Positions 25,835 through 35,837 of a DNA stretch of 48,630 nt are shown piece after piece. Origin of the DNA: a virus (Duplodnaviria; Caudoviricetes). Position numbers and translations under genes: made by a program. Location: IMG/VR virus record IMGVR_UViG_3300049139_000039, positions 1-48,630 of that record. The stretch is one strand, 5' to 3'. The stretch's first letter is position 1; the number at the start of each line of letters is the position of its first letter. The notes beneath the pieces are model-generated. The model did not search any database. It was given only the letters and a program-made list of their open reading frames with translations, and was not told the DNA's origin.

Positions 25835-28800
25835 GAGCGCCCCCTCAGCAGTTGACGCTTCTGGTCGAAGCGCAGCAGCGTCCGCTCGGACACGTGCTGG
25901 TTCGTGGTGACCGACAGCGAGTTGTCGTTGTAGGTCGGCGAGGCGGTAGCCCCGTACCCGCCACGGCTCGACGCTGTAGCCAGGCGCCGGGTCGCGTCCG
26001 CCGTGAGCACGTACTGCGGGCTCTGCGGCAGCACGAGCTCACGACCGAGCTCGCCCGTGATGTACGCCCCACCAGGGACCATCGAGCCGCCCGAGGCGCG
26101 GTGCCCGATGCCGAGCGCCTTCGCCTGCTCACGGCCGATGGTCTTGGCCCACGACCCGATGCGCTTGTCGATCGCGTTGACCTGCGCCTCGGCCACCTGT
26201 GCATCACGTGCGGCCTCTCCGATGCCTCGACCGCCGCCGACCGCACGGGCCACGTTCGCGCCCGCCCATCCGCCGTACTTCTCGATGTCGGCGTACGACG
26301 CGGACAGGGACCGCAGCGAACCCAGGTCAGCCAGCAGCGACTGCGCGAGCGGCATACCCGCCTCGACGCCGTAGCCCGCCACCTCCTGCACGATCGCCGC
26401 CGAGCCGCCCTTCGCCCCGAGCTGACCCAGGAGTCCCGCGAACGCACGGGCCTTACCCGCGTACGCCTTGGCCGCGGCCGCCAGCTGCGACCCTGAGGCC
26501 ACACGCTTGCCGGTCTTCTCGTCGAACGCGCCGGTGACATCGGACATGCCGAACCCGCCCACGATGCTCGACCGGACGCCGGCCTGGACCTGCAGGAGCT
26601 CGTCGAGACGGTCCTTCGTGTCCGCGACCTTCTTCTCCGCGCGTTCGGCCGCCGAGTACAGCGACTCCAGCTCCCGCTCAGCCACGTTCGCGACCATGCG
26701 CAGACGCCGCGACCGGGCCCCGCCAAGGTCGCCGCCTGCCGCCATGCTCCGCAGTTCGTCCACCGTGGAGTACGCGCCGGACAGACCTCCGGTCACCGAG
26801 TCACGAATGTCGCCGCGTCGCAGCGACGTGCGCAGGTCCGCGGCCTCCTCACGCAGACGGTCCCGCCGTTCCTGGGCAACGTCGAGCTTCTCCTGCGCGC
26901 GGTCCAGGCGAGCCTCCGCCTGCTGCTCCGCGCGCTCCGACTTCCGTCGACGCGCGGACCGCAGGCCGTCGCGCGCGTCCGCGACCTGACCCCACCAGTA
27001 GTTCACGGCATCCTGGGCAGAACCGATGGCGCCACCGCCGGCGAGACCCGCTAGGCCGGCGAGGGCTTCGCGTGGGATCGCACGGGAGTTGATGGCGCCC
27101 ATGAGGCCATCGCCGTAGTAGTCCGACGCGGGCTGGTTGACGACCCACTCGCGCGAGCGGACGCGCACGCGGGGCATGCCCGAGCCGTCGACCCCAAGAA
27201 GGTTGTCGGCCAGGGGATTCGCCGGCGGACTGCCCGGGAGACGGCCGCCCGTGGGGAACCCGGGCAGGGGCACCCGGCCACCGGTGGCGAGGGCAGCCTG
27301 CCCGTATCGCTTGATCGCCACCGAGGCGGTGACGGTCTTGCCGTCGATGCTCTGCAGCGTGTTCCACAGGCTGGTCACCTGCGCCATCGCGCTGCCTGTG
27401 TTCACAGTCGCCGTCGTGCTGACGTTCTTCGGAATCAGACCGATCGAGTCAGCGAGCCGGTTGGCGGCCTCGCTGCTCATGCCCATGGAGCGTGCCGTCT
27501 CGATGTACCGCTGGCGCGTCTGGGCCATGGCGGCCTGGATGTCCTTGAGGGACGCGCCCTGGCTGCGCAGCGAATCGACGAGGTCGTATCCCGACGACGC
27601 GATGCTGTCCAGAGCCGACTGATTCGCGCGGCCCTTGGCGGTTGCCTGGTCGAGTGTCCGGCCGTTGTCCTTGAGCGCCTCACGAGCATCGTCGTACGAC
27701 GCCTCTGCCTGGCGCTGAGCGTCACGCAGCGACAGGACGGCGCCCGAGGCGTCCATCATGGCCTGCCACTGGTCCTCGATCGCCTCGGACAGGTCACCGA
27801 CGGCACCCGCCGCATCCGAGGACGCTTCTGCCAGGCCGGCCGTGCTACCAGTCGCCGCTTCCTGGGCCTGCGCGGCGAGGTCGTTGACCTCCTTGGAGCG
27901 CGTGTACTGATTGCTGAGGTCGCCGAGCTCCTTGCTCAGGTTCTGCGCCTCGGTCTGCTGGCCGAGCGACTTCGACAGCCACAGGTCGTTGAGCTCGCCA
28001 TGCTCCTCGATCTTGGCGTTGACGCGGCCAATCGCGTCTTCTTCGCCCGTGATGTACCCGACCAGGTCCGTAGTGGCGACGCCGACCTGGTCCGCGAGCT
28101 CGATGAGCGTCTTGTTGCCGTCGACCATGTTGTCGGTCTGCTTGGTCAGCGCCTCGGTGATGAGGTTGGTCGTCGCGTTGGTCGCCTTGCCGGCATCGGT
28201 CCAGGTCTGCGAGAGCTGGGCGACGCGGCCCTGCGCCTCCGCCGCCCGCTGCGCCATGATCGACAGTCCGATGCCCACGCCGCCGAGAACCACACCCAGC
28301 CCGCCTGCAGCGATTGCAGCGTTCTTGAGCGGGATGTTCATCTCCTTGAGGGCAGACGTCACCTCACCCGCTGACACCGCGAGCTTCGCCAGCCCCGCGA
28401 TGCCGAGCAGAGACAGGCCGCCAGCCCCAGCGATCATCGTCGTGGCATCAAGCAGCGGCTCGGGCAGCTGCCCGATGGCGTCCACTGCAGCCTCGGCGCC
28501 CTGCACGATTCCACGCAGCGCGGTGTTCGCGCCCGTGCCCGACTGGATGAAGACCGAGTCGATACTGCCGCCGAGGCGCTCCAGGTCACCGATTAGGTTG
28601 TCGGTCTGTACCCGCGCCGTCTCGGCCGCATAGCCGGTCTCGTTGACGGCATGCGTCCACGTCGCGACACCGACGGCACCCTGGTTGTAGAGCACCGATG
28701 CCGCGCGGACGGCGTCCGAGCCGAAGATCGTGGCCAGTGCGGCCGACTTCTGCTCGTCCGTCAGTCCGGCCAGGGACTCGCGGAGGTTGCCCGCCACGCC

Positions 28801-29607
28801 CTGCAGCCCGATGAACTCGCCCTGGGCGTTGTACGCATCGATCCCGAGGCGCTCCATCTCCGCAGCCGCCGTGGAGGACGGCGCGGCCAGCACCTGCAGC
28901 ATCGTCTTGAACGACGTGCCCGCGTCGGAGCCGAGCAGGCCGGCCGAGGCGAACGCGGAGAGCCCGGCCGTCGTCTCCTCGATGGAGAGGCCCGTCTGGG
29001 AAGCGATCAGACCGGCCTGGTTCAGCGCCGCCGACATGTCAGAGACGCTGCCCTGAGCCTTGCCGGCGCCCGCTGCCAGGAGGTCTGCCACATGAGGGAC
29101 GTCCGCGCCCGACAGGCTGAACTGCGTCAGTGCTGTCGCTGCGATCTCCGCGGCGGCAGCAACCTCGAGCCCGCCGGCAGCGGCGAGCGAGAGCGCGCCG
29201 TCGAGGCCGCCGCCGAGGATATCCTTCGCCGAGAGGCCAGCCTTGGCCAGCTCCTCGATCGCGTTCGCAGCCTCCTCGGCGGAGAACGCCGTGTCCGCCC
29301 CTGCGTCGATAGCAGCAGCACGCAGAGCGTCGATGCTGCCTCGCGCGTCCGCGCCGGTCGCCGCGACGCTGGACATCGCCTTGTCGAACTGGGCGAACCG
29401 CGTGACCGCTGCCGTGGCGAGTGCCGTCAGCCCAATGCCGACGCCGCCGACCTTGCTCGACAGGTCGTTGATGCTCGACGAGTTCTTCTCGATGTACGAG
29501 ACCGACTTCTTGGAGAAATCGGCCATCGCAGCCGTCGCCGCCCGGGCCTGGGATACCAGGCCCGAGATGTCCATCCCGACCCGGAGCTTTACGGTGCGTT
29601 CGGCCAC
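25831..29607 (-). CDS. Tape measure protein
   Basis: About 1258 aa Ala-rich; TP901-type FSAEEAANAIEELAKAG, GSDAGTSFKTML; GAGGGG SD before GTG 29607. Confidence 0.95.
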   Translation of the reverse strand: MAERTVKLRVGMDISGLVSQARAATAAMADFSKKSVSYIEKNSSSINDLSSKVGGVGIGLTALATAAVTRFAQFDKAMSSVAATGADARGSIDALRAAAIDAGADTAFSAEEAANAIEELAKAGLSAKDILGGGLDGALSLAAAGGLEVAAAAEIAATALTQFSLSGADVPHVADLLAAGAGKAQGSVSDMSAALNQAGLIASQTGLSIEETTAGLSAFASAGLLGSDAGTSFKTMLQVLAAPSSTAAAEMERLGIDAYNAQGEFIGLQGVAGNLRESLAGLTDEQKSAALATIFGSDAVRAASVLYNQGAVGVATWTHAVNETGYAAETARVQTDNLIGDLERLGGSIDSVFIQSGTGANTALRGIVQGAEAAVDAIGQLPEPLLDATTMIAGAGGLSLLGIAGLAKLAVSAGEVTSALKEMNIPLKNAAIAAGGLGVVLGGVGIGLSIMAQRAAEAQGRVAQLSQTWTDAGKATNATTNLITEALTKQTDNMVDGNKTLIELADQVGVATTDLVGYITGEEDAIGRVNAKIEEHGELNDLWLSKSLGQQTEAQNLSKELGDLSNQYTRSKEVNDLAAQAQEAATGSTAGLAEASSDAAGAVGDLSEAIEDQWQAMMDASGAVLSLRDAQRQAEASYDDAREALKDNGRTLDQATAKGRANQSALDSIASSGYDLVDSLRSQGASLKDIQAAMAQTRQRYIETARSMGMSSEAANRLADSIGLIPKNVSTTATVNTGSAMAQVTSLWNTLQSIDGKTVTASVAIKRYGQAALATGGRVPLPGFPTGGRLPGSPPANPLADNLLGVDGSGMPRVRVRSREWVVNQPASDYYGDGLMGAINSRAIPREALAGLAGLAGGGAIGSAQDAVNYWWGQVADARDGLRSARRRKSERAEQQAEARLDRAQEKLDVAQERRDRLREEAADLRTSLRRGDIRDSVTGGLSGAYSTVDELRSMAAGGDLGGARSRRLRMVANVAERELESLYSAAERAEKKVADTKDRLDELLQVQAGVRSSIVGGFGMSDVTGAFDEKTGKRVASGSQLAAAAKAYAGKARAFAGLLGQLGAKGGSAAIVQEVAGYGVEAGMPLAQSLLADLGSLRSLSASYADIEKYGGWAGANVARAVGGGRGIGEAARDAQVAEAQVNAIDKRIGSWAKTIGREQAKALGIGHRASGGSMVPGGAYITGELGRELVLPQSPQYVLTADATRRLATASSRGGYGATASPTYNDNSLSVTTNQHVSERTLLRFDQKRQLLRGRS

Positions 29608-29663
29608 GCGGTTCACCCCCTCGATTGCTGGTGCATCGCCCGAGGGCGCGTGACGATGGGGGA

Positions 29664-29897
29664 ATGACCTCTGAACTGGCGAAGCCCACGGGCTGGTGGA
29701 CCCCGACGCGAGTCGTCGCGGTGGTCGCTGCCGTGCTACTGGTAGCGGGCGTCGCCTGGGTGCTGAACGCCAAGGCGAACCAGGCCCGTGAGGGTGACCG
29801 TCGGATCGACTCGTACTACTGCTCGACCACCGGGATCAGCCCGAGCGACCGCGGACCGGAGACCGGGGAGCTCTGCTCAGATCTGCTCAGCTACTGA
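29664..29897 (+). CDS. Small membrane protein inserted antisense in the tail operon
   Basis: Single TM VVAVVAAVLLVAGVAWVL plus C-terminal domain with 2 Cys; fills the gap between chaperone and tape measure. Confidence 0.7.
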   Translation: MTSELAKPTGWWTPTRVVAVVAAVLLVAGVAWVLNAKANQAREGDRRIDSYYCSTTGISPSDRGPETGELCSDLLSY

Positions 29898-30312
29898 CCG
29901 GGCCGCGTCAGATCCTTGAGCCGGGCGCCCCAGCTCAGCGCGTCGTCGTGCACGCCACCACCTGCCTGCGTGCGAGCGTCCTGAGCGCGCTTGATCGCCG
30001 TCGTGACGTGGCAGCGAGTCGGTAGCGGCACGTCGAGCGCCCACTCCGTCTCCGGCGCCTGGCAGACCTCCTTGGGCCAGCCGCACAACGGGCAGACCTC
30101 GTCGCGCTCCCACGCCTCGTAGGCGAGCATCCAGTCCTGCTCGGTCTCGTCCCACTCGACCTCGGGCCGTGAGGAGACCATGCGGCCGGCGTCGTCGTAC
30201 TCGTAGAACGTCGTGGGCTCCCAGCCCTGGAACCGCTTGTAGGAGATCCCCAGCGAGTGCGCCGCACCGACATCGGCACGGGTCGCCGGGTCCTGCAAGC
30301 GGGCGATCAGAA
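29891..30312 (-). CDS. Tail assembly chaperone, -1 frameshift extension
   Basis: Open -1 frame FLIARLQD...CPLCG reached at CCCTTTC. Confidence 0.8.
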
Positions 30313-30843
30313 AGGGCGGGCGGCCTTCTGCCGGTTGAGGGCGAGGATCGCCGTCGCGAGCTTCTGGTACTCCGGGTCGCTGATCGTCTCGACCCAGGCG
30401 GGCCACTCGGACGGGATCACCTCGACCGGCTCACCCGACTCCTGCCAGCGCACCTGCGGCGACATCTTCTCCAGGTAGGCGCCGACGAACGTGTCCCAGT
30501 TGATCGTGTACAGCTCGTCGACCTTGTCGCCCTCGCGGGGCGGGTGCGCGGTCTCGAACTCGCGCCACGCCTTCTTCGGCATCTGGTCCATGACGACCTC
30601 GAGCACCGACGACTTCGCGCGGGCCTCGATATCCTCGCCGGCCTTCTCGGCCTCCTTGAGCGCCTTGTTCGCGGCGGACAGGGCCTTGGACGCCAGGGTC
30701 CGCTGCGGCGAGTCGGTCTCGGCCTGGACAGCCTTCTTGGCCTCTTCCAGTGCGTCCAGCGCAGCCTCGACCTCGTCGGAGACCTGCATGTCGGGGTAGA
30801 GCTCGACCGTCTTGCGGGCCAGCTTCACTGTGGGCAGAGCCAT
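30307..30843 (-). CDS. Tail assembly chaperone
   Basis: Between major tail and tape measure; ends ...RPF at slippery site. Confidence 0.85.
   Translation of the reverse strand: MALPTVKLARKTVELYPDMQVSDEVEAALDALEEAKKAVQAETDSPQRTLASKALSAANKALKEAEKAGEDIEARAKSSVLEVVMDQMPKKAWREFETAHPPREGDKVDELYTINWDTFVGAYLEKMSPQVRWQESGEPVEVIPSEWPAWVETISDPEYQKLATAILALNRQKAARPF
30310..30316 (-). other. Programmed -1 ribosomal frameshift site C CCT TTC
   Basis: XXXYYYZ heptamer directly before the chaperone stop codon. Confidence 0.8.
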
Positions 30844-30938
30844 GGTTCTCTCCAGACGCGGATGACGCGGAAGATGGTCCCGACCCACCCACTCCGCGTC
30901 AGGACGGGTGGGCCGGGGGTATGGGGGAGCGGGCGAAC

Positions 30939-31445
30939 TCAGGCCGCGACGACGGGAACGTCGTCGTAGCCGCGACCCCAGGAGAAGGTCGGCCATGTGC
31001 TGCGGGTGACCGAGTTCATCTCCGGGGGGACGTCCTGCTTGCCGCCCGGCGTGATCGGCAGCACCGTGACCTTCTGGTCCGCGGCGACGGCCGTGTCGTA
31101 CGGGATGCCGCGACGGCGCACCGCGAACATGTCGGTGCCCTCGACGAGCGCCTCGACGAGCTCGTTGAACTCGGTCTCGTGCTCCGAGTTCGTGTTGTCG
31201 ATCCCGGTCAGCGACAGGCCACGGGACTTGCGGCCCGGACGGCCGAACGTCTCCGTGCTGCACAGCCGGTCGTCGGTGATCGTGGCCTGCTCGGCCGTCG
31301 GCGCGAAGCCGTCCGGCGTCAGGTAGCACGAGATGTCGACGCCGGCCGCGATCTCGGCGACGGTCGGGGCTGCGGGGTTCGCGATCGCGGGGACGATCCA
31401 GACGGCCATGTTGCCGTCGAACGGGGTGGAAGGTACATCAGCCAT
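30939..31445 (-). CDS. Major tail protein
   Basis: APTVAEI..GVDISCYLT...DDRLCS...PGR pattern of actinophage tail tubes. Confidence 0.88.
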   Translation of the reverse strand: MADVPSTPFDGNMAVWIVPAIANPAAPTVAEIAAGVDISCYLTPDGFAPTAEQATITDDRLCSTETFGRPGRKSRGLSLTGIDNTNSEHETEFNELVEALVEGTDMFAVRRRGIPYDTAVAADQKVTVLPITPGGKQDVPPEMNSVTRSTWPTFSWGRGYDDVPVVAA

Positions 31446-31671
31446 CGTGGTTCTCCTTCTCGGGGGCCTCCGCGGCCGACGTCGCCGACCGCGTCTCACG
31501 CGAGGCCGAACGGCCCGCGAGCTTGATGTGGTGCTTCGCCGGACGCGGCAGGCGCGACGGCGGGTAGCGGTCGCCCTTCACGCGCTCGAACCGGCCGGAC
31601 ACGACAGCAGGGTCGGTCTCCAGGCGGTCGAACTCGTGACCGGTCTTGGGGTCCTTCACGCGGACGTACAT
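31438..31671 (-). CDS. Small hypothetical protein (tail region)
   Basis: GGAGG SD; VRVKDPKTGHE. Confidence 0.7.
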   Translation of the reverse strand: MYVRVKDPKTGHEFDRLETDPAVVSGRFERVKGDRYPPSRLPRPAKHHIKLAGRSASRETRSATSAAEAPEKENHDG

Positions 31672-31734
31672 GGATGCCTCCAGGGCGTGACGAGGAGCCC
31701 CACACCGTCGGGCAGGGGCTGGGAACGGGGGTTA

Positions 31735-32151
31735 TCAGGGGGCGACGACAGGCATTCGCGAGACCGTCAGGTCGAACTCCAGGACGATCACCTGGAACCG
31801 GAGATCCGTGTCCGTCGCGGTCGAGCCGGCCGCGTACGGGCCAGTCATGCGCGGGGGCAGCAGCGCGCCGCAGATCCAGCCGTCGGTGTCGAGCCGCTTG
31901 CCGGACCACGCCTTCTCGGCCTCGTCCGCCACGACCAGCGCCTGAGTGCCCGTCGTCGCAGCGACCGTGACGCGCCACGTCGCCGTAGCGCCGTGCGTGT
32001 TCGCCACCAGGCCGCGCTTCGGCCGGGGCATCTGCAGGTTCCCCACGAGCCACGGCGCCGAGGCACCAGTGGGAGCCTGGAAGTCGTGGAACGGGCGCGA
32101 CGCCGGGCGCAGTGCCTTGAGCGCGTTGAACAGGTAGGCCGGGGTCGTCAT
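31735..32151 (-). CDS. Tail terminator
   Basis: Synteny and size. Confidence 0.65.
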   Translation of the reverse strand: MTTPAYLFNALKALRPASRPFHDFQAPTGASAPWLVGNLQMPRPKRGLVANTHGATATWRVTVAATTGTQALVVADEAEKAWSGKRLDTDGWICGALLPPRMTGPYAAGSTATDTDLRFQVIVLEFDLTVSRMPVVAP

Positions 32152-32534
32152 AGGAGGTCCCCCAACACGTTGAGCATGTGCTTCTCGATCTGCGCGGCCT
32201 CGGGCTCCAGCAGGCCGTCCACGTTCACCGACCCACCACCGCCGTTCGCGCCGCCCTCGACCGCGATACCAGCCAGGGAGCCAGCGCCACGGCCGATCTC
32301 CGGGCCGATCTCATAGGCGATCTCGCGGGCGAAACCCTTACGCTCGTACGAGACCGCGGCGCCCACGCGCTTGAAGTGCGGGGAGCCCTCGAACTCGGCG
32401 GCCATGCCCTCCTTGAGGACTTGGGCCGACTTCTTGAGCACGGCCTCCGTCGGGGCCACGGCCTTGCCTGGGATCTTGCCCAGGTCGGTCGAGAGCTTGC
32501 GGAGCTCGGACGTGTCGATCTCGAAGCCGGCCAT
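32148..32534 (-). CDS. Neck / tail completion protein (HK97 gp10-like)
   Basis: Synteny; DTSELRKLSTDL...EIGP...VEG. Confidence 0.65.
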   Translation of the reverse strand: MAGFEIDTSELRKLSTDLGKIPGKAVAPTEAVLKKSAQVLKEGMAAEFEGSPHFKRVGAAVSYERKGFAREIAYEIGPEIGRGAGSLAGIAVEGGANGGGGSVNVDGLLEPEAAQIEKHMLNVLGDLL

Positions 32535-32550
32535 CACGCCTCCTCTGCGG

Positions 32551-33192
32551 CTAGTACAAGGGCCACGCCGCGTTCTTTGATGCGTTACACGGACGGCAGG
32601 CCGGGCGGAGGTTCGCGAGGATGTGCGGCCCGCCCTTGCTCAGCGGCTTCACGTGCTCGATTTCGACACCGGGTTCGACGCGGCATATCCAGCAGACTCC
32701 GCCGTAGAAAGCCATGCGGGCCATGAGTTGATCCGCAGTGAATGGGATCGTGAATGCCGCAGCCTTGCGGGCGGCGTAGCGCTGCGAGTCGAGCCGCTTC
32801 TGAATGCGCGTCCTGTCTGGGTTGGCGAGGCGGTAGGCCCGGTTCTGCGCGGACTTCTTCTCGCGATTCTTCCGGTACCACTGCCCGCCATATTCGCGGT
32901 TGCGCTCGCGCAGCCGTTCCACGTTCGCCGCAGCCCAGCGGCGGCGATTCTCGCGATAGCGGCTCTTGTTGGCGTGGTAGTGCTTGCGGGCTTCGGCGCG
33001 CAGGTACTCACGATTCCGCCCACGCCACGCTGCAGAGGTCTCGGCCCGCCGTTCGCGCGTGGCCCGGTACCGCTCACGCACCGCCGCCTTGACGCACTCC
33101 TTGCAGGAGTAGCGCCACCCGCCAGACGAACTCCGGTAGTAGTCGGCGAGGTCTTTCGTCTTGCCACAGGTCTTGCAGGTACGCTCGGCCAT
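32551..33192 (-). CDS. Free-standing HNH endonuclease
   Basis: N-terminal CKTC/CKEC; C-terminal CWIC...EHVKPLSKGGPH...NL..AC..CN..K. Confidence 0.9.
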   Translation of the reverse strand: MAERTCKTCGKTKDLADYYRSSSGGWRYSCKECVKAAVRERYRATRERRAETSAAWRGRNREYLRAEARKHYHANKSRYRENRRRWAAANVERLRERNREYGGQWYRKNREKKSAQNRAYRLANPDRTRIQKRLDSQRYAARKAAAFTIPFTADQLMARMAFYGGVCWICRVEPGVEIEHVKPLSKGGPHILANLRPACRPCNASKNAAWPLY

Positions 33193-33276
33193 AGCCGACC
33201 ACCTCTCATCCAGGTGTTCTCGGTCAGGCCCGGCTGGTGCTTCCAACACCGTGTCCGGGCCGCTCTATTGTCCCAA

Positions 33277-33720
33277 TCAGGCGAACTCGACCGGGTATCG
33301 GCGCGCCGTGATGAACGTCCCGTCGAACGGGCCGATGATCCTGTATCGATCTCCGACCAGCGTCGGGCTCAACTGCGACGCAGCCATGTCCACGACCTGC
33401 CCGACCTTGAGGTCCGGTCCAGCGGCCGGGATGTGCACCTCGCCCGGAGTGACCGTGACCGTGCCCTCACCCACGTCGGTCGGCTGGTTTGCGCGCTGCG
33501 GGGGCTTGACCTTGCATGGGCCGTGCTTCCAGGGGTGGTCATCCGGCCATGACGGGTCCGGGTAGACCACCGCCTCAAGCGGCACGATGACCTCGCCCGT
33601 GTCCGGGTCGGTGTCCGGGTCGCCCAGGTCTCCGATCGTGCACGTGTCGAGCATCAGGGACTCGGCATCCGCGCGGGACTCCAGCAGCTGGGCAGTGAGC
33701 TCGGCGCCGAGGTCCATCAT
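33277..33720 (-). CDS. Head-to-tail stopper
   Basis: RADAESLMLDTCTI...GPCKV...TARR; synteny. Confidence 0.75.
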   Translation of the reverse strand: MMDLGAELTAQLLESRADAESLMLDTCTIGDLGDPDTDPDTGEVIVPLEAVVYPDPSWPDDHPWKHGPCKVKPPQRANQPTDVGEGTVTVTPGEVHIPAAGPDLKVGQVVDMAASQLSPTLVGDRYRIIGPFDGTFITARRYPVEFA

Positions 33721-34106
33721 CAGCCCCACTCCGGCCGGATCGTGAACGCACCACGACGCCGCCGGGGCAGCAACCGGGCCCACTCGCGGTCGGTCAGCTC
33801 GAGCTCCCCCGCCGACCGCTCCTGGTCGATCGTCTTCGTGACCGACCCGTCATCGATCGAGCGCGTCGTCGAGCGCAGGCCCTCAGGGTTCTGTGCCTTG
33901 CGCGCGACGACGGCCGCCTCGATGTCCGCGACGAGCTCGGCCGTCGGCTTGCCCGCCGCGACACGGTCATGGAGGTCTGGGATCCGGTCGAGAATCTGGT
34001 TCTCGACACGGGCCAACCACCGCTCCCACTGCGCGACCGTGGGCAGATCGGCCGGGACAGGGCGGCCCAGTTCAGCCGCCACATCAGCGACGCTGGCGTA
34101 CGTCAT
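33720..34106 (-). CDS. Head-to-tail adaptor
   Basis: YASVADV...NPEG....SIDD...L.LTD.EW..L...GAFTIRP. Confidence 0.82.
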   Translation of the reverse strand: MTYASVADVAAELGRPVPADLPTVAQWERWLARVENQILDRIPDLHDRVAAGKPTAELVADIEAAVVARKAQNPEGLRSTTRSIDDGSVTKTIDQERSAGELELTDREWARLLPRRRRGAFTIRPEWG

Positions 34107-34126
34107 GGGTCACCCCATCCCTTCCG

Positions 34127-34456
34127 TCAGGCCTTGCGAGCAGCGAGGGCGGTGAGCACGGCCTCGACGACGGCAGGCTTGGGGCCCGCCGGGACGTCTT
34201 CGACGCCGTTGTCGCCCGCCCACGCGGTGAGCTGGGCGACAGTCCAGCTCTCGGTCGGGTCCTCGTCGGGGTACGCCCGCGTGGGCTCGGGAGCGGCCTC
34301 CTCGTCGGCGCTCTGCACGAAGCCGAGCTCCTTGAGGTTGGCCAGCGAATCCGGCGTGATGCTCGCCGGGACGACGTCACCCTTGTACAGGTGGATGACG
34401 CCGTTCTTCGTGTGCGCGACCACCAGGGCCGCGGCGACGGTGTAGTTGGCCATCAC
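34127..34456 (-). CDS. Hypothetical protein downstream of capsid
   Basis: GTGA overlap; C-terminal WTVAQL.AWA...GV small helical domain. Confidence 0.7.
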   Translation of the reverse strand: MMANYTVAAALVVAHTKNGVIHLYKGDVVPASITPDSLANLKELGFVQSADEEAAPEPTRAYPDEDPTESWTVAQLTAWAGDNGVEDVPAGPKPAVVEAVLTALAARKA

Positions 34457-35376
34457 GCCACCCCGGAGATGCGGAAGCCGGCGCCCGGGTCAGTGACGAC
34501 CGGGACGAAGTTGGCGCGCACGCGCACGCGCCAGGAGTCGTTGTGGTCCTCGCGGATGACCTTGGACTGCACCAGCTCGCCCGCGGCCTGGTAGCCCTGC
34601 GCCAGATCCTCGGTGGCGATGAAGCCGAGCTGGTTGGTGTCGACCACCCACGCGCTCGTACCGACGCCCAGCGGCAGGTTCGCAGCCGGGGTCGGGATGA
34701 CCTGGAGGCCCGCGAGGATCTCGAAGCGGCCCGTGTAGATCGGGTTGGTCGCGGACTCACGAGCCATCGCGGCCGAGATCTGCGTGTCCGACGCGAGGTA
34801 CGCCCACGTGGCGTCGTCCACGAGCAGAGCGTTCGGCTCGTACCCGAGGTTCAGGGCACGGACGTCCGCGACCGCCCGCAGGATGTCACGCAGGATCGTC
34901 GGGGACGCCGCCGTCCACGCCGTCCCGGCCGCGCGCGTGGCGGTGATCGCCGAGGCGATGACCGACACGGTGGCCTGGTCGATGACGAGCTGCGCCGAGT
35001 TGACGAGCTTGAGCAGACCCTTGGTCACGGGGTCCATCTGGCGACGCTTGATCGCCTCGTCCGTGATGAGCGTGTCCTTGCCGTACTTCGCGACCCGCGC
35101 GAGGCCGGCAGGACCGTCGGCGATGGTGGTCAGCGAGTACTCGCCACCGGGGGCGACGATCTCGGGCACGGCATCGGCGAAGATGCCCTCCACCTGCTCG
35201 TAGCCGACGGCGCCGCCGGTCGTCTCCTGACGACCGGTCAGGAGGAACGTCCCGCGGTATCGCAGGTCGCCCATGGTCTGGAGCGCCCGTGCGACGAACT
35301 GCGGGTTCTGGAGGAACCGCGACGCGGTGAGGTTGGGGTCGGCCAGCGTTGCCGCTGCCGGGGGGTAGGTAGCCAT
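34453..35376 (-). CDS. Major capsid protein
   Basis: 307 aa, strong SD (AAAGGTGA), position after scaffold and decoration genes. Confidence 0.85.
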   Translation of the reverse strand: MATYPPAAATLADPNLTASRFLQNPQFVARALQTMGDLRYRGTFLLTGRQETTGGAVGYEQVEGIFADAVPEIVAPGGEYSLTTIADGPAGLARVAKYGKDTLITDEAIKRRQMDPVTKGLLKLVNSAQLVIDQATVSVIASAITATRAAGTAWTAASPTILRDILRAVADVRALNLGYEPNALLVDDATWAYLASDTQISAAMARESATNPIYTGRFEILAGLQVIPTPAANLPLGVGTSAWVVDTNQLGFIATEDLAQGYQAAGELVQSKVIREDHNDSWRVRVRANFVPVVTDPGAGFRISGVA

Positions 35377-35434
35377 CAGGTTTCACCTTTCAAGGGCGAA
35401 TGGCGGCGCAGCGGCCGACAGGGAAGAGGAGGGG

Positions 35435-35824
35435 TCAGCGGTCGAACTTGACGCGGACCTTGTTGCCGTTCGTGGCGGTGGAGATCGCCACGCCGACGAT
35501 GGCGCGCGTGTTCGTCACGTCGGCCGCGGTGGGCGTGGTGACTGCAGCCAGTGACGACACGGCGCCGGCCGCTGCGCAGACGACGAGGTCACCCGCGGTG
35601 ACCGTTCCGGAAGCAGTGACGCTCTGCACGCCGTCGGCGTAGATCGTCACGTTGTCGTTGATCGCGGCATCGGTCGACGCGACCCCGATCCAGTTGACGG
35701 CGTTCGCGCCGGCGGGACCGACAGTGCCGACGCCGGTGACGGCGACGATCTGGCCACCGGTGACAGCGGCGGACGCCTTGAGCGTGATCGCCTGCCCCGG
35801 CTTGAAGACGGGAAGGTACTCCAT
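35435..35824 (-). CDS. Capsid decoration / cement protein (DUF2190-like)
   Basis: Ala/Gly/Val-rich beta protein: IGVA..DAA...VT...G...AGD.V...IVGVA. Confidence 0.75.
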   Translation of the reverse strand: MEYLPVFKPGQAITLKASAAVTGGQIVAVTGVGTVGPAGANAVNWIGVASTDAAINDNVTIYADGVQSVTASGTVTAGDLVVCAAAGAVSSLAAVTTPTAADVTNTRAIVGVAISTATNGNKVRVKFDR

Positions 35825-35837
35825 GGGACTCTCTCTT

